Assembly (NCBI GenBank): GCA_017654855.1
Contig: CM030333.1
Span: 3,348,001-3,412,000, forward strand
From: Podospora anserina
Lineage: Eukaryota
Direction: 5' to 3'
Length of the DNA stretch: 64,000 nt
Of the stretch, positions 27,145-38,623 are shown piece by piece. Under the pieces are notes generated by a model. The model had not been told where the DNA came from, ran no database searches, and saw only the letters and a program-made list of their open reading frames with translations. The position numbers and the translations under genes are program-made. Position 1 is the stretch's first letter. Each line of letters begins with the position of its first letter.

Positions 27145-27901
27145 ATGAATCTCAATTTATCTGCCTCACTAAACATATTTAAACTGCTGGCGAAGCCGTC
27201 ATTATGTCTTCCCCAGGCAACGGTAGCCACCTTTGCCGACCTTCCAATACCGCTCGACAAGGCGTTTGCGGGACAGAGAGAGAAGGTTGATATCAAGGCG
27301 GTGGTCTTGGACAAGGATGACTGCTTTGCTTATCCGGAGCATAATGAGGTCTACGACCAGTACAAGGTATCCCTCCTAATTGTTCAGTGCCTCACGTGTA
27401 GAAAAATGTTAAAATATTGTACAGCAACGTTTCGAGGCATTGCGAGCTGCCTACCCAGGTCGCCGTCTCCTGATTGTCTCCAACACTTCTGGAGCCCAGA
27501 GTTATGACCGTGATGGAAAGCTCGCCGCTGCCGTTGAGAAGGCTACCGGTGTTGTCGTTCTTCCACATCAGACCAAGAAGCCCGGGTGTGGCGATGAAAT
27601 CATGTCCTATTTCCGCAAGCATCCCGAGACAGGAGTGACCAGCCCAAGTCAGATCGCCGTTGTCGGAGATCGTTTGTCCACAGACATTATGCTGGCCAAT
27701 ATGATGGGAAGTTGGGGAGTCTGGGTCAAGGACGGCGTTGTTCCTCTGTCGGAGAAGAGCGTGGTAAGTTTTTGCGCAGGGAAATGAGTTGGGAATGGGA
27801 GCTCACCATGCTTGCAGTTCTCTAAGATGGAAAGAAGGCTAGCTCCATGGCTCATCGCCCGAGGTTACACGGCGCCTGATCCCTCAAGTCCTTTCGAGTG
27901 A
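27145..27901 (+). CDS. GEP4: Mitochondrial phosphatidylglycerophosphatase Gep4 (HAD IIIA)
   Basis: Introns 27367..27424 and 27764..27817. KAVVLDKDDCFA, LLIVSNTSG, KKPGC, VVGDRLSTDIMLANMMGSWGVW. Confidence 0.92.
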
Positions 27902-30022
27902 ACCGCACCGTCTTCCCAAATCGTCAGATCACGCTCAACTCGAAGGGTTCTGAGAATTTGCTTCAGAAAGCCACAGTTTCCAACCCACACCCAAGACACG
28001 CATTGCCTGGGAGACGTTTACCAACAATGGCCAATAACTGGAATACTTGACGCCATTGGGTTCTCCTGAACATGCTGGGCCATGGCCCGCCAGATGGCAA
28101 TAACCCGGCCCGCCGGAGGAAATGGACAAAATGCTTGCTTACCTGATGGGATAGCAATGGGCACATACATTCTACCTGTGTAACATGGTGATTGACTGCT
28201 GATTGGCTGGGCTCCGGAGGTTTATCACCGCTGAACACAGTGTCCTTGAGTCCTCTCGAGGGGGATGTTCAATGATGGGGTTGGATGAATAGGGTTTACT
28301 GGAGCTTGATCTCTTTGTACAACATCATGTAATATTATCCAGTACCTCGATGGCCTGCTTGCTTGATAGGTCATGATATGTGATGCTTGAGCCAGTGACT
28401 CCAACCATAGTGACTTGTCACCCCCATTCCACGGTGATAATCGAGGGTTCCAGAACAGTGTATACGCCCCTGAAGAGTGTTCCCTATCATGCTAGAGGAC
28501 TCGGAATAGCTGTATTATCGCCCATCGGCACAATCTTTCCAGTACGCTCTCTATTCCTTGCTGAAAGCCAGTCCGCCTTGCAAGCTCCTTTCGTTTTTCA
28601 CGTTTTATATTCCGTTGTAAAACCGGTAACGTCCCCACATTACTATTTCCCATGGAGTTATTCATCTTATAGATGGTCTCTTACATGCAAGATCACCTAG
28701 GGTCTGAATGTCTCGAGTTCCGTCCAAGATTGACCTTGAAACTACCTTAGTAAACAGGGCAGTAAGAGAGATATGATCTTTGTGATGTGACTTCACAGTC
28801 TCGAAGACTCACAGTCATGCGTCGAGAAATGCAGGCGGCTCACAAGGGTTGTGCTGTACTCCTCGTGAACTTGCACGTGAGGAGGACTCCAGTCATCAGA
28901 TACAATAACTCTCTCTCTCTCAGCTGGAAGCATTAATGGCCTCTCCGGTGTATCGCAGAGACGGCATGCTTTTCATTCACGTGCGGGGAGTGATGTGAGT
29001 TGAAGGCCGACTTTTTCAAGGATCCATGTTGAGACTTGGGCCACCTGACCTTGGTGGAATGACAGTGTCAGTTGGCTAGACGTGAAATATATGAGACTGC
29101 GATGGTGGGTATCTGTCAGATATTTAGGAAGGAGAAGTATGAAATCATCAAGCGTCGCCGGTCTGATCAAAAGTCTAGAAAGATATCACTCATCACTTGT
29201 CTTTATGAACACTTTTCTTTGCGTCCGACCGCCTTCGCAGACAATTTATCCGCTCTGTGCTTCTTGTATTTGGGACAATGAAAGAGGGCGTTGGCTGCAA
29301 GTGATAGTTCACCTTTAGACATAATGAACAGTTGCTCTAAGTTGATATTCACCGGTAAAAAAACTCCCGACCTCGGTCGCACAGTCGCTGAGATAGCGTG
29401 GGAGCTTGACCGAGATAGGTGAGCAAGTTTCCATTTGCTTAGAGCACTCAGATTCCCCAGCAAGTGCTGATAATTCACAATTGGCGGACTTGTTTGCTCA
29501 TGAGCGGGGTGCCGCCGAATCCCCCACAAAGATTGAATCGGACGAACAAAGTGACAAAGGCTCCGCGGCCGTATGATAGAGACTAAGAGTGATTAATGAT
29601 GCCGGTCAAGAAGACCCCCATCCTGCTCCGGCCGCAAGGGAAAGCTTCACGTGGTCCATCCCACTCTGCAAACGCTGCTCCAGGACGGCAGAGAGCGATA
29701 GAGACCGCATTGTTGTCTTTTTCGACGTCATATCCACTCTCAAGATCAGATTGTCAGCTTCCTGCCAGATAGCAATGGCCAGAAGCGGAGATAGGGGTGG
29801 CTTACATGAAAGGCCAGCCCGTGACCGTGCTCCCAGTGATCTATTGTCAAATTTCAGCTCGCGTCGACAATAGCAAACAGACATCGGATGACATTGGAGC
29901 TGGGTTTCATTGGTTCGAGTAGGAGCAATGCGACTTTAGATGAAGACATTCACCGCGAGGCTGTGGAGGTGGTCGGCGACAGTGAATATACCCAAGGGAA
30001 CACTGTGCTGGCCATCCCCGGG

Positions 30023-30030
30023 TATAAATA
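30023..30030 (+). promoter_or_regulatory. Probable TATA box of the downstream Myb/SANT-like gene
   Basis: TATAAATA followed by a CT-rich stretch, then a candidate leader intron donor GTAAGT at 30174. Confidence 0.5.
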
Positions 30031-30379
30031 ACTTCCTCTTCCCTCTCCCTGGCTGTTTTTCTCTTTTTAGATTAACGATCAAGACTTTGACTGCTATCCG
30101 GATTCTTAGCAGCTACAAAGTCACCCCCAGCTTGAAAAGCGTCCATCCAGCAACCAATTCTCTTTTGGTACCTGTAAGTGAAGACTTTCAAGCCCTACCC
30201 TCACTTTTATACCCCTCAAAGGCTTTCTGGGGGCCCACCAGCTACGTCGTACACGTCCCCAACCACGTCTTTGACCCATGATTCTACTCTTTGAACATCT
30301 CACCTTCAATTGCCCCCAGAAGACCTATCATTACCCCTTCACACCCCTCTTAGCCCTCAAAACACCCATCACACCACCA

Positions 30380-30613
30380 ATGGACGCCTGGACGAAATCT
30401 CTGGACGCCTTGGATTATCTTCCGGTCGCCTCAAGTTATCTTTTTGACGCCTCAAATTATATCTATCACGCCTATCATTAGATTTCGGACGCCTATAACA
30501 ACATCATAAACATCTATAACACCCATTCAAATGCCTATTCACCACGGTTCAAGGCGTCCAGATTTCGAAACAACACCCTTCCACACTCTTCACATGCCTT
30601 CACCCCCATCTTA
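30380..30613 (+). repeat. Degenerate 21-nt periodic array (anchor ~GACGCC-T)
   Basis: Anchors at 30383 GACGCC, 30404 GACGCC, 30425 GTCGCC, 30446 GACGCC, 30467 CACGCC, 30488 GACGCC, 30509 AACATC, 30530 AATGCC, 30551 AAGGCG and 30593 CATGCC, all at multiples of 21 nt. Confidence 0.8.
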
Positions 30614-30659
30614 CACCTCAAGTATGCATACAATTAACATCCCCACAGATCACATCACC

Positions 30660-31684
30660 ATGCCCCCACCCAGCACCGTAGGCAAAGGCGGCAAAGCCTG
30701 GATCCGAGAAGAGGAGTTCCTCTTCTGGAAGAAACTCGTCCCGTTCACCAAGAAGCGCTGTGGTGATGATATCGAGAATAACGAGGAGCATGGGTGGAAT
30801 TGGGTTGCATCCGAGATGAGGAAGAGGATGAGGGAGAAGTACCTGAAGGAAGGGGAGCCTGACCGTAGGAATTACACAGGACTCGCAATGTGTAAGTCTT
30901 TTTTGTTGAAGCATATTGGTTATGGGGAGTGGGGCTGACGTGAGACAGTCGAGCATTACTGGCAGAGTGCCCGTCATAGACGCCCGACTGTTGCTGCTGG
31001 CCGGTTTCCCAACCGGTATTGCAATTTGGGTATGTCTTCAATAGTTCACCCCTCAGAAGATCAGTAGCTAACTCCGTCCTAGAAGCCAACGAAGAGCAAG
31101 TCCGGGAGCGCGACGAACGCCTCGTCGCCATCCGCAAGAAGCGCCGTGATGCCCGCAAGGCAGCGCGCAAGGCAGCCCGTGAAGCTCGTGAAGCCCGCGA
31201 GGCTGAAGAAGCCGCCGACGGCAGTCCCATCAGGGAGAGCATCGAGTCGGACAACAAGGACGCTGACATGAGCGATGACACAGATGAAACCTCCGACAAT
31301 GACGAGGAAGAAACCCCCGAGTTTGACGAAGCAGAAGCCATCCGTAAGATGGAGGAGTCCACCAAGATCAAGCAAGAGGGCGGCCCCGAGTACGAGTCTG
31401 ACGAGGAGGACACCGAGTCTGAGCCCGACGCCAAACCCCGTCGTCGCAAGGGGGGCAAGAACAACAGGCGCGCTAGTATCAAGGAGAACCGGCGTTCAGG
31501 GTCGCCGGAGATGACGCCTTTTGCAAATAATGGGACTATGGCTGCTAAGAGGAGGGAGAGGTTGCGTGCTGGGGAGGAGATGAGGAGGAGGAATAGGGAG
31601 ATGTATGCGATGTTGGGGAGGGGGGAGGGGAATGGGGGGTGTTATGGGGGACAGGGGCAGGGGCAAGGGCAGATGAGAAGTTGA
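30660..31684 (+). CDS. Orphan nuclear protein with Myb/SANT-like N-terminus, coiled-coil and acidic region
   Basis: ATG 30660 (ATCACCATG). Introns 30892..30948 and 31030..31082 give KAWIREEEFLFWKKLVP...HGWNWVASEMRKRM...RRNYTGLAMFEHYWQS...EANEEQVRERDERL. The Trp spacing resembles Myb/SANT (inference). Basic NLS-like KPRRRKGGK. Confidence 0.7.
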
Positions 31685-31803
31685 TTTTAGGGGGTTAGGA
31701 TGGGGTGATTCAGGGATGTGAACAAACCAAAAATCGGCATTGCGAATAACACACTAATATAATTCCAAGTTCCCTTGCCAAAGTTCAACAATCACCTCTA
31801 ATA

Positions 31804-31895
31804 GGTCCGCTGGCGTAATGGCAGCGCGTCTGACTACGATTCCTTCCCAGGATCAAGTAATCAGGAGGTTCCAGGTTCGACCCCTGGGCGGATCG
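31804..31895 (+). tRNA. tRNA-Arg (anticodon ACG) with 20-nt intron
   Basis: Acceptor GGTCCGC/GCGGATC, A-box TGGCGTAATGG, anticodon arm TCTGA-CT-ACG-A (ACG 31836..31838), intron 31840..31859, B-box GGTTCGACCC, T-rich terminator downstream. Confidence 0.93.
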
Positions 31896-32825
31896 GTTTC
31901 TTTTGCCTAACCTTTTCTGTATACCCTCAGACTCACGCCTTCTTTTTCACTTTTCTCATTCCCAAAAATGACGTGAGTATCTGTTGAGTATGGTACGAAA
32001 GCTAAGAACAATGTTGTTGAGGAAATTTTTCGGTAGCTTCGATGTTGAGTTTTCGCCCGCGTTGGTGGGGCAACCGAGCTCATCAAAAAGGGGGTTCTCA
32101 CCAAGATTCAAGCTTCACGATCATCTCGATTGTGCGTCAGCCATCCTGTGGTTAGCGGCCTTGAGTGGCTGACATGTGGTATGTTCCCGAGGATAAGAAG
32201 ATGAAGCCATTCCACGGTCTGTTACAGCCTCGTGGAGGGGGTGGCGGGTGGTGGGAGATGAACTGAACCGATGGCGAGTGGCTTGACATTTCGGTCCCGT
32301 GTGTTCTTCCGGCTGTGCGCTCCGAGTCTCTCTATATTCCAGTAGCTTGCGTACCTTCAGCCCAAGGGGTTCGTTCGCTGTGGAGAGAGGCGTACCTTTG
32401 TGCGGTTTGTGGCGGGACAACAAGATAGCACCTTCAAGGTGGTGCTGGTAATTTCTCCTTCTTTTTTTCTGTAGTTCTTATTTCGTGTAGAAAGAAGTGA
32501 AGATTCCGCTTACGTGCATTTGTGTATCGCACCAAGACCCATGATTTGCCTCAAACAAAAACTTCAAAACCTTTTTGCGCCTTGCACTCTTAGGGCACCG
32601 AGATATATGGTACCTCTCAACCAAAAACCCCAGAACCTTTTTGCCCCCTTTTGCTCCATCTTCAAGGAAGAGTGAAAACATCGCGTATCACGGAAAATAA
32701 GTACACTGCTTGCGATGAGTAGGAGACCACAGGGATTTCACGTTAGTGGAACTCACATGTAGCAATAATACAGTGTTTTTGTCTTTTGGCAGTGGCCGGC
32801 CACTCTTCCACTTATCTTGCGTCGG

Positions 32826-32915
32826 CTTTGGCTTTTTTTTGTGTTTTTTCTTTTTTCTTTCTTTTTTTTTTCTTTTTTTTCTTTTTTTCTTCTTTTTTTC
32901 TTCTTTTTTTCTTTA
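32826..32915. repeat. Long T-rich/polypyrimidine low-complexity tract
   Basis: About 90 nt of (T)6-10C units seen directly. Confidence 0.9.
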
Positions 32916-33168
32916 CGCTTCTTCCTGTAGTAATACAGTCAATCTGAATGGTAGTTGTATGGCCTCTATGGACCATCGTGGTACCTAAAACTACTGACAA
33001 CTTCAGCAAAGGGACAACACTGGGGGGAAGTCATAAAAAGATCAAGGTTTGACGAGCAAGGGCAGAAAGGCGAATCGGTGCTTTGACGTAGCTTGAAGGG
33101 GTTGGAAAGGGGGGATGAGATCGATATGGAAGCGACGCGGATGAAGCATAGGCATTGCCCACACTTAC

Positions 33169-35314
33169 TCAAACTCCAGCACCAGGCACCCATGACGTAG
33201 ATTTCAGCTTCCTATCACCTTTGAATTCGATCAGGCGCCATCTATCCCAGAAGACATATCCCCAGTCACGGGGGCTAGGCTTCCGCACATCACCCCCGTA
33301 GGCATTGAGGTACTTCCCGTTGCACACCAGGACCCAACCATAGGGAGGCTCGCTCTCTGACTCACCAACATAAGGGAGAGGATCTCCCCTATCCTGGGCG
33401 AGGTCATGCTCTGTGATGCCACTACGACGTCTCAATCGCTGAGGACCTTGGCCGAGGACGTTTTCCATGAATCCATACCCCGGAGTCCACTGATTGCCTG
33501 GTCGTATCGTGATCATGCTATAAAAGTTAACGTCTCCCAGAGCCGAGTTAAATCCTCGTAGGCCCCAGGAAGCAGCACCGCCAGCCAAGGCGAATTCATT
33601 TGTGACGGCTGCTCGGGAGTCAGCGAAACACAAAACAGGGAGGAAATTGCTCAGATATGACTCGAAGCGCACCATGAAACAAGTTCTTCTCCATCATCCG
33701 GAGGCGAGTCGTCATCTCGTCATGGACCAAGGTGTACACGGAGAAGATCTCTTCGACCTCCCACGGCCGGAAGAGACAAAAGAAATGCTTAAGCACCTCT
33801 TCCTCCTTGTAGTTGAGCTGCAAGTGGCGTGACTCGCCGCCAAACAAGCAGCTGTAGAGCTCAAAACGGTAGAGTGCCCTCAAAAGACGGGTGTTCTCCG
33901 TGGGCGACAGATGGGTAAAGATGGGCGGCCGCTGGGGGTCAAACCTGCAAAGAAAGAGGCGTGCAAAATGCACAGTCAGTGGACGAGCATAAGTGTGCCA
34001 AAACAAGAACATTCCAAGAACAGCATCTTCGCTGTAGCCGTCAATGGGCTTCCCGATTGTGGATCCATCACGGTCGCGTAAATTCTTGTAGTTATTCAAC
34101 TGCTCTTGAACTTTGTCTCTATCGACAGACTTGTCAACTCGTAGTGTAGAAGCTTTCTGAAGAGCCAGGGCATCGGTCATGACGCCAGTGTCCAGTGACA
34201 TCTTGAGATGCCCAGCAAGCAGAGACTTCTTGTTCTCGAGATACATTCGAAGAAAGACGGGTGATGCTTGCACGAGAGACATGAGGTCGGTAAAGTCGGG
34301 AATGCAGCGGAGGATATTATCTCGAAGCTCGTACGGCAGGGCCTCGAGTGATCCGAGCGTTGAAGTTGCCCTGGGCTTGATGAGAGACTCGTTATTAGAG
34401 ATCTGGGATGACTGAGCCGTGGATTCGAATCCAAAGAGATTGGTCACAATGTAGTCCAAGCAGCGGAGGATTTTCTCTGGAAGCTCGTACGGCAGGGTCT
34501 CGAGTGATTGGAGCCTGGAAGCTGGCCAAGACTTCATTCGAAACTCGATAGAGATCTGGAGTGACTGAGCCATGGATTTGAATCCAGAGAGCTTGGCCCC
34601 GATGTAGTCCAAGAAGCGCTCCCAGTAGTTGTTGACAAATGACTTGACTTCGTGCCAGAGGACTTCCCAACGCCAGGTCTCTGAGCCTGTGGCAGATGGC
34701 ATTCTAGGCTTGGTGTGCAAGATCTTTGACAAGGCAATGCCGCGTGCCAACCCGGAGAGATTGATGTTCGTGTGGCCCAAACCTTGGCAGGCATCGCAGA
34801 CATAATGGCTAAACCTTTCGAGCAGGCTGCGTTTGGATGCTGGGGGCACGCTTGAGGGAGATGCTGCCCTAGATCGCGGCCGAGGCTTCTTGGACAGCTT
34901 GTCGACTGATACAGGTTTCCATGTCGGTCGAGGTTGGCTGGTTGTCCCTGCTTCGTCCCAGATGGTCAAGCCCTCTGTCTTGATCGACAACCAGGATAGA
35001 CCAGTAGCAGTCTTATCGGCGATGTTAGCAACTGAAAGGCCACGCATTTCAAATTTCAGACAAGAAAGCCAGGAGGTGAGACCCAAAACCCAAACCAAAA
35101 AAGGAGATGTGAAGAGGTGAGTACGAGTAAGTAATCTGAGTGAAAAAGTTTTTTGCAGGCAGTCAGCTAGCTGACTCGTGAAGGCCGTTGAGACTACGGC
35201 CATATAGTGAGTTGATGGCCGATCGATACGAGGGAGCGCGAGGAACCGTTTGCTCCTGTTGTTCAATGCCCGGTGGATGAACCAAGCAAGGCAAATGCTT
35301 ATCTTCTTGAGCAT
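33169..35314 (-). CDS. F-box-like fungal hypothetical protein with internal duplication (start uncertain)
   Basis: ORF 33620..35314 joined by intron 33609..33672 to ORF 33169..33675. F-box-like SLEALPYELRDNILRCIPDFTDLMSLVQASPVF, plus RLLRALYRFELYSCLF, FRPWEVEEI, PPYGW, DWGYVFWDRWRL, motifs typical of an expanded Pezizomycotina family. Confidence 0.7.
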
Positions 35315-35812
35315 GTTATCAAGTGTGTGATAACATCATCAGCCTGTCGACCGTGTCTTTTCTGTGATGATGGCAACCGAGAGATATGGAACTCTATCCG
35401 GCCCGGCCGTTGACTGAGATATGTGGGGTTAAAAGGCATCTTGATGTCATGGATGGCGTAAATGGCTTGCTGTCAAGTTGAGAACGAGGTCTGACAGCAG
35501 AGAGGCGATTGGCGTGTTGTTGAGCCAGGCGATGGGATCGGTCCGGGCACCATGGCACGTGATGGCGCTGATGAGGAAAGAAGCCAACATGCCCAGCAGG
35601 AAGGCACCTCGGTAGCCGCTAAGAAATGGATCCCGTCGACGCTTGATGACTTTCCTGGGGTAAATGGGGAACAGCAGCATCTCGATTTCTTGGAGTAGTA
35701 GTGCCACAGTTGTCAAATCACATGGCAGATCGCATGGCCTCATCGTGGTCATTCTTGTTACCGCTACCAAACCATCGAATTCTATTCCGGGTATACTTGC
35801 AAACACACACTA

Positions 35813-37453
35813 CTATGGCACCACTACGCCAACCTCTTCCTCAGCTGTCACAGCCAACTCCGCAGCTCTCTCCATCCGTCTTGCCTTTCTGTTGCCAGTC
35901 GCCTTCTGCAGCTGCTCCCTCCTCTCCTGCTTCCTCGCCGCCTTATCAACAAGACCAATAACCTTTTGTTCTCCAATCACGGGATGCCTAGCCGCCGCAG
36001 CCGCCGCCTCGTCCTCTTCGGTCCATTCGATCGGCAACGTGGCAAACACCAGATACGAGGTGTGTGTCTTGATCTCAGGCTCGCCGCGGGTGATCAGCCG
36101 GCCTTCCATCCACATGGGCACCCCTGACGGCAACGCCTCAAAGCTCTCTGGGGAGTCAGGTTTGTGGTCAATCTTGACTTTCTTCTCGCCGCCGCGCTTC
36201 CTTCCGCCTTTCTGTTCCTTCTTCTCACGCCGCTTGATCAGTCCGTCATCCTCGTCGCCGTCCATCTCGTCATCCGACTCTTTCGACCTGGCGGCATGCT
36301 CCCGGAACCGAGCTTCAATCTCAGTCAGCCGAGAGAGAGCCTCATCGACATCACGAGCCGAATTGTTGACACCGCGGTCCATGGAGAGGTTCAGACCGAC
36401 ACGTTCACGGGAAGTGTGGTACTTTCTGTTGGCAATCTCAACCATGTCGATATCGACCCAACCCAAGCGCCGCATTGCCGAAACTGTCTTGGTGACCTGC
36501 TCGATACATGGTGAAAAGGTGCAGATGTGGGCGCTCTTCTTTGGGTTAAGTGGTGATACCCACTCTTTGTCTTCTGGGTTCTTGGGGTTCCGCCTGGAGA
36601 GGTGATGTAGTGCCTCCCAAGGAGCTGGGAGATCGAGAAAGATGGCCTCGGCCTCGGGACTCTTGCCATCAATCAAGAAGCCGCCGTTGTAGACATCCCG
36701 ATGTGTCAAGTGGACCAAGCTGTTGAGGTTGTGTTCCTTCAGCTCCTGATTCATCTTGTGGAAGCGTTGCTCATGGAACTCAAAGCTGTAGACTTTGCCC
36801 TTGCGCTCTCCTTCACTTGGATATCCATTGTAGACGGCTCGTACAGAGGCGTGGCTGAAGCTGCCGCTGCCAGCACCAGCCTCAATCAACACAGAGCCAG
36901 GTCTGGCACGTATTCTGTGTAAAACATAGCTGTAATCTGGCGTATAGACGACCTGCGTTCGGTGCGGCAAGCTGCTCGTCCATACTTCGGGGGTTGGGGG
37001 GAGGATGTGGATGAAGCCGCTGACGTCGGCGACAATCTTTTTGGCGACAGCGGCGGAGTCGTCATTGAATTCGGCAGGCGTACTTTCTTGCTCGGTTTTC
37101 TCCTCGGCAACAGTGGCCGAAGCCTCCTTTCCGTCGTCATCGCTCTTGTTACGCTTCCTCTTATTGTTGCGACCTCGGGAGCCAGTGTCGACTTTCGATG
37201 CGCGAATTTGTGAGCCCCATGGCACGCCAATCATGGTCGAGTGAGGAAAGGAGCCATAGCGGGTGTTGACGACAGCGCCCTCGGCGTACCCATCGTGTTT
37301 CCCGGAGGGGGCTTTGAGGTAGACTGGTTGGAGGTTGTCGCGGGAGAGCTGGAGAATGGCCAGCGACCCGACCTTGGTAGTTTTGCCTGGCTCCAAGAAA
37401 GGCGAGATCTTGGGCGTCTGGCTGCGCGTTTTGGGTGCCATTGTGTCGTCCAT
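35813..37453 (-). CDS. TRM61: tRNA (adenine58-N1)-methyltransferase catalytic subunit Trm61/Gcd14
   Basis: NTRYGSFPHS, PTPEVWTSSLPHRTQVVYTPD, IEAGAGSGSFSH, SFEFHEQR, HRDV, FLDLPAPW, FSPCIEQV, KTHTSYLVFA. Confidence 0.95.
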   Translation of the reverse strand: MDDTMAPKTRSQTPKISPFLEPGKTTKVGSLAILQLSRDNLQPVYLKAPSGKHDGYAEGAVVNTRYGSFPHSTMIGVPWGSQIRASKVDTGSRGRNNKRKRNKSDDDGKEASATVAEEKTEQESTPAEFNDDSAAVAKKIVADVSGFIHILPPTPEVWTSSLPHRTQVVYTPDYSYVLHRIRARPGSVLIEAGAGSGSFSHASVRAVYNGYPSEGERKGKVYSFEFHEQRFHKMNQELKEHNLNSLVHLTHRDVYNGGFLIDGKSPEAEAIFLDLPAPWEALHHLSRRNPKNPEDKEWVSPLNPKKSAHICTFSPCIEQVTKTVSAMRRLGWVDIDMVEIANRKYHTSRERVGLNLSMDRGVNNSARDVDEALSRLTEIEARFREHAARSKESDDEMDGDEDDGLIKRREKKEQKGGRKRGGEKKVKIDHKPDSPESFEALPSGVPMWMEGRLITRGEPEIKTHTSYLVFATLPIEWTEEDEAAAAAARHPVIGEQKVIGLVDKAARKQERREQLQKATGNRKARRMERAAELAVTAEEEVGVVVP

Positions 37454-38211
37454 AGCGACTGATGGGCAGCGTTTCGCGGGCTGGAAGATGTTGAAGTGAT
37501 GAAATTGATTCGCAGCTGCGGAAAGGTTTCAGGGACAACAGCTGGTGAAAATTCAGTGGGGTGTGGGGCGCGGGGCGGAATTGGAGCGTAAATTACACTT
37601 GTCGAGACATCTCCAGAGCATACACTCTTGATGAATGACAGGCACAAAGTAAGACTGCTGACATACAATTTTACTAGGATAGTCTCAGCTATCATATCAT
37701 CCTCAAGAAGCAACCGCACTTCCCCGCGACGCACGATTAATCCCGACAAGGTGTAATTTACCTTTCACTTTACACCGGTAATTCATGCACCTTGGCGGTC
37801 GGGACAAAAATAAGCTTTTGCCAAGAATGCGGGGAGCTCCACCAGTTCCAGAGACCCCCACTGCCGCTATCGAGGTGCTTGGTCCGGATCAGAAAGATAT
37901 CACACCTTCTGAGATGTTGAGTGCTATTGAGGGATTTCACCATCGGACTACGGTACCTATGCTTCAGACCTTTCCGCCCTCTCACACATCTGGAACCTTC
38001 CCTTAGCTTCATCTCGCCGAAAACCATCAGCCATCAACCACCAATCTCCCGGATCGATCACCACCGGCCTCGTAACCCACCACATGATGACCTCACAACA
38101 ACCGGAACAACCCCTCAATACCCAGAAAATCTCATCGACTCATGAATCTCATGGTTCCTACCTCCCCATTAGCAAACATCTCCCTGGCCTTATATCAACC
38201 AACCCATTCAC

Positions 38212-38623
38212 TCACGGATTCCATTCATCCCTTTCCCCATACTGCTGATCATACAGCTCCTCCACTTGCCGCCTAGCATGCTCCCTCCCCCGCTCCCTGT
38301 CTCTTTCATTCCCCCCATCCCGGCCATGGTGCCTCTCCCATAGCTTGTCGGCTTCCGCGCCCGCCATGGCAGCAAGCGCTTCCTTGGCAAAGCCGTGGGA
38401 GACTGGCTCGCCTTTGCGGCGTTGTTCCTTTTCCCAGAGGTGCATCGCTTCAAAGGCTGCCGCGCCGCCGAGGATCTCGTGGCCGAGGTTGGGTTTGGAG
38501 GAAGGGCGGTCGTCGTTGGAGTATAGTTGGTCGCGGGCGTCTCTTGCCTCGACTGCAATTATCAGCATACCCGTGTCAAAGTGAGGGTAGTGGGAGGCAC
38601 TAACTGAAGTCGAAGAAACCCAT
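38212..38623 (-). CDS. cipC: CipC-like protein (DUF3759)
   Basis: Exon 1 MGFFDF, intron 38553..38604, then IEARDARDQLY...HEILGGAAAFEAMHLWEKEQRRKGEPVSHGFAKEALAAMAGAEADKLWE...ELYDQQY. Confidence 0.88.

Noticed and set aside
26949..27314. N-terminal extension of the ORC2 ORF to 27314
   Set aside because: Overlaps GEP4 exon 1 and the shared promoter; ATG 26948 (AAAAATG context) is the likelier start.
27950..29950. Possible gene or transposon relic in a 2-kb gene-free stretch
   Set aside because: Only short ORFs, and no LTR/TIR, transposase or RT motifs that I can recognise.
30380..30613. CRISPR-like reading of the anchor-plus-spacer array
   Set aside because: Eukaryotic context, 6-nt degenerate anchor, 21-nt period and no cas genes.
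31615..31684. GEGNGGCYGGQGQGQGQ tail as an amyloid signalling motif (HET-s/PP/RHIM-like)
   Set aside because: Lacks the hydrophobic/Asn pseudo-repeat pattern and has no neighbouring NLR; explained by G-rich 3' gene ends.
32746..33009. Phe-rich and Lys-rich ORFs
   Set aside because: Translations of the poly-T tract.
35664..36605. 313-aa ORF antisense to TRM61
   Set aside because: Fully overlaps a confident gene; low-complexity Ser-rich translation.
37785..38145. Two short plus-strand ORFs between TRM61 and cipC
   Set aside because: No motif, splice or codon support.
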